From: Desulfobacterales bacterium
GTDB lineage: Bacteria > Desulfobacterota > Desulfobacteria > Desulfobacterales > UBA5852
DNA length: 64,000 nt
Reading direction: 5' to 3'
Assembly: GCA_963674755.2 (NCBI GenBank)
Contig: CAXXVS010000002.1
Coordinates: 224,001 to 288,000 of the forward strand
Every line of letters starts with the position of its first letter. Position 1 is the first letter of the stretch. The notes below the pieces were generated by a model. The model saw nothing but the letters and a program-made list of their open reading frames with translations. It was not told the DNA's origin and searched no databases. The position numbers and the translations under genes are program-made. Below, in pieces: positions 1 through 9,620 of the stretch.

Positions 1-571
1 TGTAAGGCGCCGGCCGGCGCAACCGCAACCCGTTCGGCGGATCATCGTCACCGACGGAAGACAAGCCGAAGTCGGGGCGATCGGAAAGCGACCCTCCCAG
101 ATAGGAGATGAATTGGAGATAATGCTCCAGTTTGGGGCGCTGCGGGCTGAAATAGGGGAGATGATGGTTGTTGAACAGCCAGTTGAATTCCTTGGCGTTG
201 CGGGGATGGACGCCGATGCGCTGGGGGGCACCGGAAAGCAGGGAAAAGAGGCCGCTTTTGAAATGGCGTTGCATATCCAGGGTGATATCGAAGCGGCGTG
301 CGCTCAAAGCGTGCCTGAGATCCATAACGGCCGCTGCTTTGCGGGGACGGTCGAAAACAATGACCTCATCGATCAGCGGGTGGCGGTCCACGAGGGGCTT
401 CCAGCGGGGTTCCACAAGCCAGGTGACGGTGGCCGCGGGCCAGTTGTGTTTGATTTCACCGGGAAGGCAAAGCCCCCGCACCAGGTCTCCCAGGGCGCCC
501 ATCAGGACAACCAGAATGGCGCTGTTGCGGGAAATCGGTGGGGGCGATGTTTGCTGTCGGATGTCGCTCAT
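1..571 (-). CDS. GT9 LPS heptosyltransferase (WaaC-like), partial at window edge
   Basis: Translated manually (not in ORF track): MSDIRQ...ILVVLMGALGDLVRGLCL...ATVTWLVEPRWKPLVDRHPLIDEVIVFDR...RFDITLDMQRHFKSGL, a typical GT9 N-terminus. Confidence 0.85.
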   Translation of the reverse strand, partial: MSDIRQQTSPPPISRNSAILVVLMGALGDLVRGLCLPGEIKHNWPAATVTWLVEPRWKPLVDRHPLIDEVIVFDRPRKAAAVMDLRHALSARRFDITLDMQRHFKSGLFSLLSGAPQRIGVHPRNAKEFNWLFNNHHLPYFSPQRPKLEHYLQFISYLGGSLSDRPDFGLSSVGDDDPPNGLRLRRPAPY

Positions 572-643
572 GGGCCAAACGTTTCTAACTAACAGCGGTC
601 GCTCACGGCCGGCCGGCTACCGGACACGGCCGCGTTCGGGTGT

Positions 644-1330
644 TCATGGACCGGCGGCCAGGGTCATGATCTGTGCCAATTCAGCCGGCAGGCCATGTTT
701 GACGATGGCTCGTTCCCAGCGTTGGCGATAGCGTTTCTTCAGCCGGCGCCGGTTGTTGGTATAACACGCTTTGTCGAAGTCGATGATATGGGGCTCGTTC
801 TTCCTGTCCACTAAGACATTGCCCGGATGCAGATCAGGGTGCCAGATGCCATGCGTCATCAAGATCCGGATCTGGTCCGCGACCTGGATGCGCAACCCAT
901 TATCCAGCCTGCCATATTGCACGGTTTGGATCAAGGAGCAGTGTTCCGCCAGGGCCTCCATGATCAGCCAGCATTGCCCGCTGACCCGGCCCCGGATCGC
1001 AAACGCGATGGGCTTTGGCGCGGCAATCCCGATCCGGCGGACGGTTTCCAGCCAGCGGAATTCCCGTTCGCTCCGGCTCCGGGGCCAGTGGATATAACGA
1101 TTCCGGTTGAAGTGCCGGATCATCCCCCCCCGGGCAAATTGTTTCACCGCCACCGATCCGATGTCCTCCACCGCCACGATGGTAACGACCTGGCGGCCGG
1201 CCAGGACACCCTGAGCCTGCGCCGGCCGCTGGTCGAAGACCGTTTGCAATTGCTGAAGCTGTCGGGGGGTGAGAGGCCGACAGGCTTCCAGACGGATCCC
1301 GTGATCATCGTGGCGGTGCAAAGCGCTCAT
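644..1330 (-). CDS. Kdo/WaaP-family LPS kinase (KdkA-like)
   Basis: VAVKQFARGG, HPDLHPGNVL and IIDFDKA kinase motifs; LPS cluster context. Confidence 0.8.
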   Translation of the reverse strand: MSALHRHDDHGIRLEACRPLTPRQLQQLQTVFDQRPAQAQGVLAGRQVVTIVAVEDIGSVAVKQFARGGMIRHFNRNRYIHWPRSRSEREFRWLETVRRIGIAAPKPIAFAIRGRVSGQCWLIMEALAEHCSLIQTVQYGRLDNGLRIQVADQIRILMTHGIWHPDLHPGNVLVDRKNEPHIIDFDKACYTNNRRRLKKRYRQRWERAIVKHGLPAELAQIMTLAAGP

Positions 1331-2340
1331 GGCAGCTCCAAAACCCTTTTGGCCGCGGCGATCACCTCTTCGGGCCGCACTTCCTCCATGCAGGCCCGGG
1401 TCCCCGTGGGGCAGGTTTGGCCTCCGTGGCGGGCGCAGGGTTTGCAGGGCAGGTCCTTTTTTTCCACGGCCATGGCCCGTGGGTTGTGCCAGGGACCGAA
1501 GCCGAAGGAAGGGCTGGTGGCGCAGAAAACCGCGACGCAGGGAATGGCAAAGGCCGATGCCATATGGAGGGCCATACTGTCGTTGCAGATCATGAGGCGG
1601 GCCTTGTGGACGATAGCCAGGGCATCTCCCAGCGATGTCCGGCCGGCCAGATCGAGGACGTCCATCTGGTCAGCCACCCGACGATTGACCTCACGGTCGT
1701 CCGGCCCGCCCAGCAGGGCCACCGCGTATCCCTGGTTTAGGAAATGGGCCGCCACCGTCCGAAAGTGCTGCCAAGACCACATTTTGGTGGGCCAGGCACT
1801 GCCCGGAACAAGCAGTGCGAGGGGCCGCTCCTCAGCCAGCAGCTGTCTGGCGGCAGGCCCGAGCCTCGCGTAAGGCGGCGGGAAGAGCCTCAGCCGGGTG
1901 TCGAAGCTGTTCAGCGGGGCTTCGCCGGTCAGGAGACTCAGGTTGCGCAGGACATCATGGTCAGTTGGCCTGCGGGTCTGCCGGCTGTGGAAGATAAAGG
2001 GCAACTTGGCATTCTGAAAGCCCGTGCGATGGGGGATGCCGCTGACAAGCAGGGTCAGGGCGGTCCGGTAGGATCGCTGCAGGGCATAGGCCCGGTCAAA
2101 GCGTCTGCGGCGCAGATCCAGACCGGTGCGGATGAGACCTGAGAGGCCGGCCGCCTGCCGGCGCTTGTCAAAGGCCAGGACGCCTTTCAGGAGAGGGTCG
2201 TGCTGCACGAGGCCGGTGCCGGCCGGGGTGGTCATCATCCAGAGCTCCGCCTCGGGGTAGAGCCGGTGGACGCCGGCAACGACCGGTGTCGACAGGATGG
2301 TATCTCCCAAATAGCTGGTTTGTAGGATCAATATGCGCAT
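1327..2340 (-). CDS. waaF: LPS heptosyltransferase II (GT9)
   Basis: Start trimmed to MRILILQTSYLGDTILSTP; PGSAWPTKMW, DLAGRTSL and NDSMALHMA motifs. Confidence 0.85.
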   Translation of the reverse strand: MRILILQTSYLGDTILSTPVVAGVHRLYPEAELWMMTTPAGTGLVQHDPLLKGVLAFDKRRQAAGLSGLIRTGLDLRRRRFDRAYALQRSYRTALTLLVSGIPHRTGFQNAKLPFIFHSRQTRRPTDHDVLRNLSLLTGEAPLNSFDTRLRLFPPPYARLGPAARQLLAEERPLALLVPGSAWPTKMWSWQHFRTVAAHFLNQGYAVALLGGPDDREVNRRVADQMDVLDLAGRTSLGDALAIVHKARLMICNDSMALHMASAFAIPCVAVFCATSPSFGFGPWHNPRAMAVEKKDLPCKPCARHGGQTCPTGTRACMEEVRPEEVIAAAKRVLELP

Positions 2341-2357
2341 GGGGTCTCCGGTGACGG

Positions 2358-3692
2358 TCAGCCGTTGCGGCAGCGGTGGCGCTGGTTGGGCGGTACCATC
2401 GGTCGCTGCCGGGCCAAAAGCGCCGCGATGGCGGCGGCTGAGCGGGCTGTGCCGCCCTGGTGATTCCGGAGATAGGCGTCGAAAGCTTCCCTTACCGCTT
2501 CCCGCGGTAGGGGCGATGCTACGATCTCGAGAAGGATTTCGGCGGCGTTGCGCCAATCTGCCGCTACCCGCACGAGACCATTGGCAAAAAGGTCCTCGCC
2601 GACCCAGTCAAACGTCTCCCATGAAGGGCCGATGACGGGAACAAGCCCGCAGGGCAATGGCTCCAGGAAATTTTGGCCGCCCAGAGGCGCAAGGCTGCCC
2701 CCCACGAAAGCGCCGCAGGCGGCGGCGTAGGCCTGGGACAATTCTCCGAAGACATCCCACAGGATGACGCTCCCCGGAGGGGCGGTAGCGGTTGTTCGGG
2801 ACCGCAGCTGGCAGGGGATGCCCCCGGATGCGAGGCGCGTCAGCCACGGCCCGATACGGTGCATATGGCGCGGGAAAAGGCCGATGATCAGCTCCGGTCG
2901 ATGAGCGCGCAGATGGCCGATCATCCGGCTGACGGCCTCTTCCTCCTCGCGGCGCACGGACCCCAGCACCACCAGGGCACTATCGGGCGGAATCAATTGT
3001 GCTACCAGATTGGCAGGGTCGCTTTGCAGACCGGCGCGCAGGCGGTCGAACTTCATATTGGGTACAACAGATACGCCCTCCGGGCTGTACAGGCCGGCAT
3101 AGCGGTTGGCATCGGCGGGGCTGACAGCCAGAATGCGCTCGGGCGCCAGGGCGCGCCAGAGATCGGGCCAGACCCGATAATGCCGCAGGCTCCTGGCACG
3201 CATGCGGCCATTCACAATGATGCAGGGAATCCGGCTGCATTTAAGGGTCTTCAACAAGCCCGGCCAGATCTCCGTTTCAAGCAGGACCACGAGGCGCGGC
3301 TGGATGGCGCCGACGGCGGCAGCCATCAGAGAAGGGCGGTCGAATGGGAAATAGGCCGACACGCAACGCGTACCCGTGGGGCCCCCAGGACGGTTGGCGA
3401 TGCCGGCCTCGATGATGTCCTTGCCCTGGCGGGTATTGGTGGTTATCAGGATACGATGGTCGCCGGTTGCCGCCAGATGGTCGAGCAGCATACACGCCAG
3501 GTAGGATTCGCCGGCGGAGGCCGCCTGAATCCAGATGTCGAAGGGTCCCTCCGGGAAAGGCTTTCCGATGCGTTGCGGCAATCCTTCCTTGAGGCGCTGA
3601 TTGCGGCTGAGGAGCGGGATGGCCGCTTGCCAGAGCCATTCATATAATACCAGGGCCGCTTTCACGGACCATGTGAAATCTACCGTTGCCAT
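2358..3692 (-). CDS. waaA: Kdo transferase
   Basis: IWIQAASAGE, YFPFD, ETEIWP, NGRM, PRH, FVGGSL...GGQNFLEP motifs. Confidence 0.92.
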   Translation of the reverse strand: MATVDFTWSVKAALVLYEWLWQAAIPLLSRNQRLKEGLPQRIGKPFPEGPFDIWIQAASAGESYLACMLLDHLAATGDHRILITTNTRQGKDIIEAGIANRPGGPTGTRCVSAYFPFDRPSLMAAAVGAIQPRLVVLLETEIWPGLLKTLKCSRIPCIIVNGRMRARSLRHYRVWPDLWRALAPERILAVSPADANRYAGLYSPEGVSVVPNMKFDRLRAGLQSDPANLVAQLIPPDSALVVLGSVRREEEEAVSRMIGHLRAHRPELIIGLFPRHMHRIGPWLTRLASGGIPCQLRSRTTATAPPGSVILWDVFGELSQAYAAACGAFVGGSLAPLGGQNFLEPLPCGLVPVIGPSWETFDWVGEDLFANGLVRVAADWRNAAEILLEIVASPLPREAVREAFDAYLRNHQGGTARSAAAIAALLARQRPMVPPNQRHRCRNG

Positions 3693-3720
3693 CTTTCCGG
3701 AACCATCAGTGAAGGTGACC

Positions 3721-3869
3721 TAACAGGCCGTGGATAAACGGCGTCTAAGGCCGAAATGCGGCGTTGCCGACCTCGCGAAACGGCGCTACAACCCTGATGG
3801 TTGCTGCGCTTTTCGCATCGGCCGGGGCCTTGCCTTTCGGCCTAATTCTTGTTTATTCACGGCCTGCTA
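3721..3869. repeat. Palindromic MITE-like element
   Basis: TAACAGGCCGTGGATAAAC (3721-3739) and GTTTATTCACGGCCTGCTA (3851-3869) form a 17/19 inverted repeat with TA ends; the interior is self-complementary. Confidence 0.65.
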
Positions 3870-4151
3870 AACATTATGGCATGCCGCCTGCCCCCTGGGG
3901 CGGTATTGAAACGGCGATCCTATTTTAACCGCCGTGGCCTGTCAAATTAAAAGGCCATCACGGTTGCCGGCAACCCGCTGAACCCGTGGGGTCTTTGTTG
4001 AAGGTGGAAGGGTTTTGTGCTATGCACGATTGATTTAATTGTGTAGTGATTAAAGGGGCGTCGCTCGGCATCCGGCGCCCCATGCGAGCTCCGGTTGGCA
4101 CCCCGTCGTCCACGGGACGGGATAGCGGACAACCGGCAGGAAAGGAACTTC

Positions 4152-4988
4152 ATGGCTGTGCAACATCGTGTTTCGGTTGGTCCTGTAACCTGTGGTTCAG
4201 ACACCTTGTTTTTGATTTCAGGGCCCTGTGTCATCGAAGATGAGTCTATCATGATGCAGACGGCGGAACGATTGAAAGAGCTGTCCCAGCGTCTGAAGCT
4301 GCCCCTGATCTTCAAGTCGTCCTTCATGAAGGACAACCGCAGTGCCATAGAGCATTTCCACGGCCCCGGGCTGGACAAGGGGTTGGCCCTGCTGGCGAAA
4401 ATCCGGGAGACCTTTGATGTCCCCATCATTACCGATGTGCATTTCCCCGAACAGATCGGGCCGACGGCCGCAGTGGCCGACGTGATCCAGATCCCCGCTT
4501 ATCTTTGCATGCAAACCGAGTTGGTGATTACAGCAGCCAGGACGGGGCGGGCCATCAACATCAAGCACGGGCAATTCCTGGCGCCCGCCAACATGATCAA
4601 GCCCGTCCAGAAAATCGAAAGCTTCGGGTATCATGACATCCTGCTGACGGAACGCGGCTATACCTTCGGCTACAATGACCTGGTGGTCGATCCCCGCAGC
4701 TTCTATGAGCTGCGCCAAATCGGCTATCCGGTCGTTTTCGACATCACCCACAGTATCCGCCGCTACGGAATCCCCAGCAAAGATCCCCGGGGCAGCAGCC
4801 GTGAGTATCTCACGACCATCGCCCGCGCCGGTGTGGCCGCCGGCGTCGACGGGGTTTTTATCGAAACCCACCCGAACCCGCCGGAAGCGTTGTGCGATGC
4901 GGCCAGCCAACTGGCGCTCGATCAGATGGAAGCATTCCTCATGCCGTTGATCGAGATTCACAACCTTGTCAAGGAACAACGCGACTAG
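4152..4988 (+). CDS. kdsA: KDO8P synthase family protein with divergent active-site motifs
   Basis: GPCVIE, KSSFMKDNRS, QIPAYLC, TERGYTFGYNDLVVD, DITHS, FIETHPNPPEALCD; RBS AAGGA before ATG 4152. Confidence 0.88.
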   Translation: MAVQHRVSVGPVTCGSDTLFLISGPCVIEDESIMMQTAERLKELSQRLKLPLIFKSSFMKDNRSAIEHFHGPGLDKGLALLAKIRETFDVPIITDVHFPEQIGPTAAVADVIQIPAYLCMQTELVITAARTGRAINIKHGQFLAPANMIKPVQKIESFGYHDILLTERGYTFGYNDLVVDPRSFYELRQIGYPVVFDITHSIRRYGIPSKDPRGSSREYLTTIARAGVAAGVDGVFIETHPNPPEALCDAASQLALDQMEAFLMPLIEIHNLVKEQRD

Positions 4989-5100
4989 ATAAACCGATTA
5001 AAGACCCCATAGCGCTATTGCGGTAGGCGTTCGGCGGGACATCGACCGCGAGCGTTCGGCCGCCTGTGAGACGGCGCTTGGATAAAAGAAAGGATAGAGG

Positions 5101-6126
5101 ATGGATTTATATCTTGATTCGGCCGACTTCAAGGAAATTGAAGAGGCCCTCCGTTTGGGATTTATCAAAGGGCTGACCACAACCCCCACTTTCATGCACC
5201 GGCACGGGATTACCGATATCGATGGTGCCATTGTCAAGCTTTCCGGCATGGTGCCGGAGCTTCAGGTGGAAGCACTGGGGGAAACGCACGACGAAATCGT
5301 CTCCGAGGCCCATCGCCTGCTGGATTTACCTCTGGTCAAAGCGCCCGTCTTCAAGGTGCCCGTCTCCCTTGAAGGACTGCGGGCCTGCAAGACCCTGACG
5401 GACGAGGGCCACCGCGTCAATGTCCATCTGATCTATACCCTGAATCAGGCCTACATGGCGATGGCCGCCGGGGCGGCCTTTGTCTGTCCCCTGGCCGGGC
5501 GGCTGCAGGACCAGGGGCATGAAGCGATTCTGCTCTATGAGCAATGCGTCGATCTGGTGGATCGCTACGACTATCCCACCAAGATCATGTTTTCTTCGGT
5601 GCGCTATCCCGATCACGTCCGGCAGGCTGCCTTGGCCGGCGTGCATGTCTGCACCGTGCCCTGGGGCGTCATGAAGCGCCTCTGCGACAACGCCCTGACC
5701 AAGGTCGGCACCGAGCAGTTCTTCGAACACACCCGCTTGATGACGGTCAAGGTGAAAGACGTCATCCGGGCGAACAATCCCGTCTGCCGCCTGGCGGATA
5801 CGGTGAAGAATGCCCTGGTGAAGATGACGGCCTCGCGCATCGGCGCGGTGACCCTCGTCGACGATGCCGGACAATTGGCGGGTATTTTTACCGATGGTGA
5901 CATCCGCCGCCGTTTGCAGGAAGGCGGCGACGGAATCCTGGACCGCGCCATGGGGGAGGCGGGATTTACGGCCGATCCGGTTTCCATCAATGCCGAGGCC
6001 CTGCTCTATGAAGCGGTCAACGTCTTCAATGCGCGCCAGATCGATAATATCGTCGTCCTGGAAGACAATCTTCCCATCGGGATATTGGATATTCAGGACC
6101 TCGTCAAAATGGGACTTCTGGGATAA
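5101..6126 (+). CDS. Transaldolase/FSA-family domain fused to a C-terminal CBS pair
   Basis: YLDSA, GLTTTP, Schiff-base-type VFKVPVSLEGL, NVHLIY, CPLAGR; then VKDVI...GAVTLVD...GIFTDGDIRR...GILDIQDL, a KdsD-like CBS pair. Confidence 0.85.
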   Translation: MDLYLDSADFKEIEEALRLGFIKGLTTTPTFMHRHGITDIDGAIVKLSGMVPELQVEALGETHDEIVSEAHRLLDLPLVKAPVFKVPVSLEGLRACKTLTDEGHRVNVHLIYTLNQAYMAMAAGAAFVCPLAGRLQDQGHEAILLYEQCVDLVDRYDYPTKIMFSSVRYPDHVRQAALAGVHVCTVPWGVMKRLCDNALTKVGTEQFFEHTRLMTVKVKDVIRANNPVCRLADTVKNALVKMTASRIGAVTLVDDAGQLAGIFTDGDIRRRLQEGGDGILDRAMGEAGFTADPVSINAEALLYEAVNVFNARQIDNIVVLEDNLPIGILDIQDLVKMGLLG

Positions 6127-6131
6127 CCGCC

Positions 6132-6863
6132 ATGGCTACCGATGCTGCCGCAAACCCGCCCTGGTTGAAAATTTTTCAAGGTCTGGGCGGCCAGTTCGTA
6201 ACGCCTCCGCCCCAATTGCGGCAGAAGTTCGTCCGCATCCGGGCGTTGATCTTCGATTGGGACGGTGTCTTCAATACGGGCGAAAAGGGGGAGCAGCAGA
6301 CCAGCTCCTACACCGAGCCCGACTCCATGGGCACCAACATGCTGCGGTTCGGGCTGTGGCTGCCCCAGGAGGTCATGCCGGTGGTGGCGGTCATCACCGG
6401 GGTCGAAAACCGCTCGGCCATGCACCTGGCCCGCCGTGAACATTTCCAGGACGTTTATTTCAGCATCCGCAATAAGGGCCTGGCCGTGACACACCTTTGT
6501 TCGGCCCATGGCATCCGCCCCGATCAGGTGGCCTGTCTTTTCGACGATATCAACGATCTCGAGATGGCCCAGGCCTGCGGTGTGCGGTGCCTGGTAGCCC
6601 GCGGCGCCAGCCCCATGTTCACCCGCTATGTCGTCCGCCGGGGCTTGACGGACTATGTCACGGGGTGCGGGCCCCATCGCCATGGGGTGCGCGAGTTCTG
6701 CGAACTGGCGCTGGCGGCCATGGAACGCTACGATCAGGTCATTGCGGCCCGCATGTCCTGGAACGCGCAATACCAAGCCTATTTCACCCAGCGGCAGGCT
6801 ATTTTGACCAATTTTTACACTCAGAGGGCGGACCAGATCAAACCGGCCGCCAATATTGCCTGA
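6132..6863 (+). CDS. HAD phosphatase, KdsC-like
   Basis: LIFDWDGVF, VITG, K, and FDDINDL HAD motifs; GHGVREFCE-like KdsC tail (RHGVREFCEL). Confidence 0.8.
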   Translation: MATDAAANPPWLKIFQGLGGQFVTPPPQLRQKFVRIRALIFDWDGVFNTGEKGEQQTSSYTEPDSMGTNMLRFGLWLPQEVMPVVAVITGVENRSAMHLARREHFQDVYFSIRNKGLAVTHLCSAHGIRPDQVACLFDDINDLEMAQACGVRCLVARGASPMFTRYVVRRGLTDYVTGCGPHRHGVREFCELALAAMERYDQVIAARMSWNAQYQAYFTQRQAILTNFYTQRADQIKPAANIA

Positions 6864-6915
6864 AACGGCCGCCCATGGACAAACCCGCACCAATCGAGAC
6901 GCCTGACAGGTTATC

Positions 6916-7839
6916 ATGCTGCTGAATAAACTGGCCGGCTGCATCGGCCGCGTGCCGCCTGCCACACTGGGCACCCTGGGACGTGGTATCGGCCGTATCG
7001 CTTATATGGTGGATATCCGGCATCGCCGCATTGTGCTGCAGAACTTGGCCTTTATCTATCCCCAATGGGATTTGCCCCGGCTCCGTCGGATAGCCCGACG
7101 CATTTTTCAGCATTTTGGCGTTGTCCTGCTCGAGATCCTTCAGGCCCCCTTCCTCGACCCCGAGGCGTTGGCGTCAAGGGTTCACGTGGAGGGGGTCGAA
7201 CAGCTCGCCGCCCTCATGGACAATCCGCGGGGCTGCCTCTTGTATTCGGCCCATCTAGGAAACTGGGAACTGGGATTTCTGGCGCTTTCCGCCCGGCTGA
7301 ATCGCCCGGTGACAACGGTGGCCAAACCCATCAAGCTGCAAATAGCCCATGCCTGGCTGACCGCCCTGCGCTCCCGCTTCGGGAACCGAGTGGTGTTCAA
7401 GGATGGCGCTCTGCCGTTTATGATCCAGGCCCTGCGCAAGGGGGAGACTGTCGGCGTGCTCATCGATCAGGGAGTCCGCCGCAAAGAAGCCGTAGAGATC
7501 TCTTTTTTCGGGAAGCACTCCCTGGCAACACCGGCCGCCGCCTTGCTGGGACTGCGCTGCCGGGTGCCGGTGGTGCCCTTGTTCTGTGTGCGGGGGGGCG
7601 ATGGGCGTTACCGGGTCAAGGTCTACCCGGCCGTAGCATTCGAACGCTCGGCCTCTTTGCACAGCGACATCACCGCCTTCACCCAAGAGCTGCTTCACAT
7701 CCTGGAGGATGTGATCAAGGCGTACCCCGAGCAATGGTTCTGGTTTCACAAGCGCTGGAAGCGAACCCACCCCGCGCTTTATCCCGAATATCGTGAACTG
7801 TTGCGCAAAAAACGCCTCAGGAAGGGGCTGCCTGAATGA
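6916..7839 (+). CDS. Lipid A secondary acyltransferase (LpxL/HtrB family)
   Basis: AHLGNWE, LIDQ, FFG, PEQWFWFHKRWK. Confidence 0.9.
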   Translation: MLLNKLAGCIGRVPPATLGTLGRGIGRIAYMVDIRHRRIVLQNLAFIYPQWDLPRLRRIARRIFQHFGVVLLEILQAPFLDPEALASRVHVEGVEQLAALMDNPRGCLLYSAHLGNWELGFLALSARLNRPVTTVAKPIKLQIAHAWLTALRSRFGNRVVFKDGALPFMIQALRKGETVGVLIDQGVRRKEAVEISFFGKHSLATPAAALLGLRCRVPVVPLFCVRGGDGRYRVKVYPAVAFERSASLHSDITAFTQELLHILEDVIKAYPEQWFWFHKRWKRTHPALYPEYRELLRKKRLRKGLPE

Positions 7840-7957
7840 CCGCACCGACCGTCATGGCGAGAGAGCGGCGTGGGCGGGACAGCGACCGGATCGCGACTTT
7901 CTAGAAATCCTGCAACCACCGAATTCAATCGGCGTTATCGAAGTGGAGCTTTCCTTC

Positions 7958-9538
7958 ATGCGGTACCCTACGAAATGGCAATCCTCACATCTCGGCTGGA
8001 TCATACCCTTGGCGGTTTCCCTGCTGCTCAAGGGCTTTTTGTCCCTGCAGGATGTGGTGCTCAACTCCGATGGCGTCGTCTATTTGGAAGCCGCCCGGAT
8101 GATCGCCGAGGGCCATTTCTCCCAAAGTCTTCTTCTATACCCGATGCCGGCTTATCCACTATTGATCGCGGCCGCTCATCTCATTGTGCCCGACTGGATA
8201 CTAGCCGCCAAGCTCATTAACGTTATTGCCGCCGCGGCGATAACGCTTCCGGTCTACTGGCTTACCCAACTGTTGTTCGATCGACGGGCCGCCTTCTATG
8301 CGGCTCTGGCCGTGGCTCTGCTGCCCAAACTGAATGACATGGCGCCGGACGTGATTCGCGATCCCTGCTTTCTCCTGCTGGCTTGCGGTTCGGTGGCCTG
8401 GATGGTCGAGGCATTTGCCATGAAGCGCATCCGCGGGGTTTTGGGGGCCTTCGCCCTCGCCGGCGCCGCTCTCTTGTTCCGCATCGAAGCGATTTCCTTG
8501 TTCATGGTCTATCTCCTCTATTTGGCCGGGGTGGCATTGGTTGCAAAAGAACAGCGCCGTTTTGCTCGCAAGGCGCTGCTGGTGGTCCTGATCCCCGCGC
8601 TGCTCGGCATGGTAGGCCTGGTCGGTGTGGGAGCTACATCTGGAGGCGCCGACCGCGTCGATCAGCTGCAGGCCTTCGGCCGGAGTATTCTCGATGGTCG
8701 CTTTTTCTCCCGGTACCAGGATATTTACGCCCACCTTAAAGACAGCGAGCGTTTGTCCCCGGGGACATCAGGGGAGCTTTTCAAGCTGGCCCGGCATTAC
8801 CTGCCGCTTCTCTGCCTCGTTGGCATGCTGGAGGCGTTTTTCAAAGGACTCTTCTGGCCTAACGCCGTGCTCCTCTGGATCGCCCGCCGGAGGGTCTCAA
8901 CCGGCGGCATACCGTTGGTGCTCCTTACGATCATAATCCACAGCCTGCTAGTGTTGATTTATTTCCTGCGTATCGATTATTTGTCTTCGCGCTATCTTCT
9001 GTTTTGTGCGCTTTTGACCCTGCCTTTGGTCGGCCAGGGGGCTGTTTTGTTGGAGGGTAAGGCCCAGAGGGTGACTTGGCGCAAAACGGCGCTTGCGCTT
9101 ATCGTTCTTGTTTTTGTGGCTTTTCCGCTGTACCGCTCGGTCGTCCAGGGCTTCGGGGAGGATCGCGCCATTGCCATGACAGGCAGATGGCTGTCCCATG
9201 AATCTGAATTGCGGCGGGTGCCGTGGGCTGTCAACGACTTGCGCTACTACATTTACGCCGGCAAACCTCTCGACCTCCAGAAAGAGGAGGAGGGGGCTAT
9301 TAAAGTGGCGCGGTACCAGATTGAGAAAAACTATCGCGCGCTGGAGAAACTGGCCCGCGACGGAGGCAAAGACGTTATCATCCTGAGGAGACGCAGAAAG
9401 GATCCAAGCGGGACCGTTCACTTCGCGACCTTTCATAAAGTCAAGGCGATCGAGAGTTCGCAAAGCATCATCACCGTTTACGCACGAAACGGCCTCTTCC
9501 CAAAAGAGGCTGGTGCACACGGGGAATATTCGGATTAG
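7958..9538 (+). CDS. GT-C fold membrane glycosyltransferase (PMT_2/ArnT-like)
   Basis: NSDGVVYL, PAYPLL, RIE and RYLL motifs with many hydrophobic segments; start uncertain. Confidence 0.65.
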   Translation: MRYPTKWQSSHLGWIIPLAVSLLLKGFLSLQDVVLNSDGVVYLEAARMIAEGHFSQSLLLYPMPAYPLLIAAAHLIVPDWILAAKLINVIAAAAITLPVYWLTQLLFDRRAAFYAALAVALLPKLNDMAPDVIRDPCFLLLACGSVAWMVEAFAMKRIRGVLGAFALAGAALLFRIEAISLFMVYLLYLAGVALVAKEQRRFARKALLVVLIPALLGMVGLVGVGATSGGADRVDQLQAFGRSILDGRFFSRYQDIYAHLKDSERLSPGTSGELFKLARHYLPLLCLVGMLEAFFKGLFWPNAVLLWIARRRVSTGGIPLVLLTIIIHSLLVLIYFLRIDYLSSRYLLFCALLTLPLVGQGAVLLEGKAQRVTWRKTALALIVLVFVAFPLYRSVVQGFGEDRAIAMTGRWLSHESELRRVPWAVNDLRYYIYAGKPLDLQKEEEGAIKVARYQIEKNYRALEKLARDGGKDVIILRRRRKDPSGTVHFATFHKVKAIESSQSIITVYARNGLFPKEAGAHGEYSD

Positions 9539-9620
9539 ACGTTGTTTTGGGCGGGGAAAGTGCGTTGGCCTTTTTAGAGCGGCTTGATGCTGTCGTCGTA
9601 TCACTGTTGGAATGGCAGCC

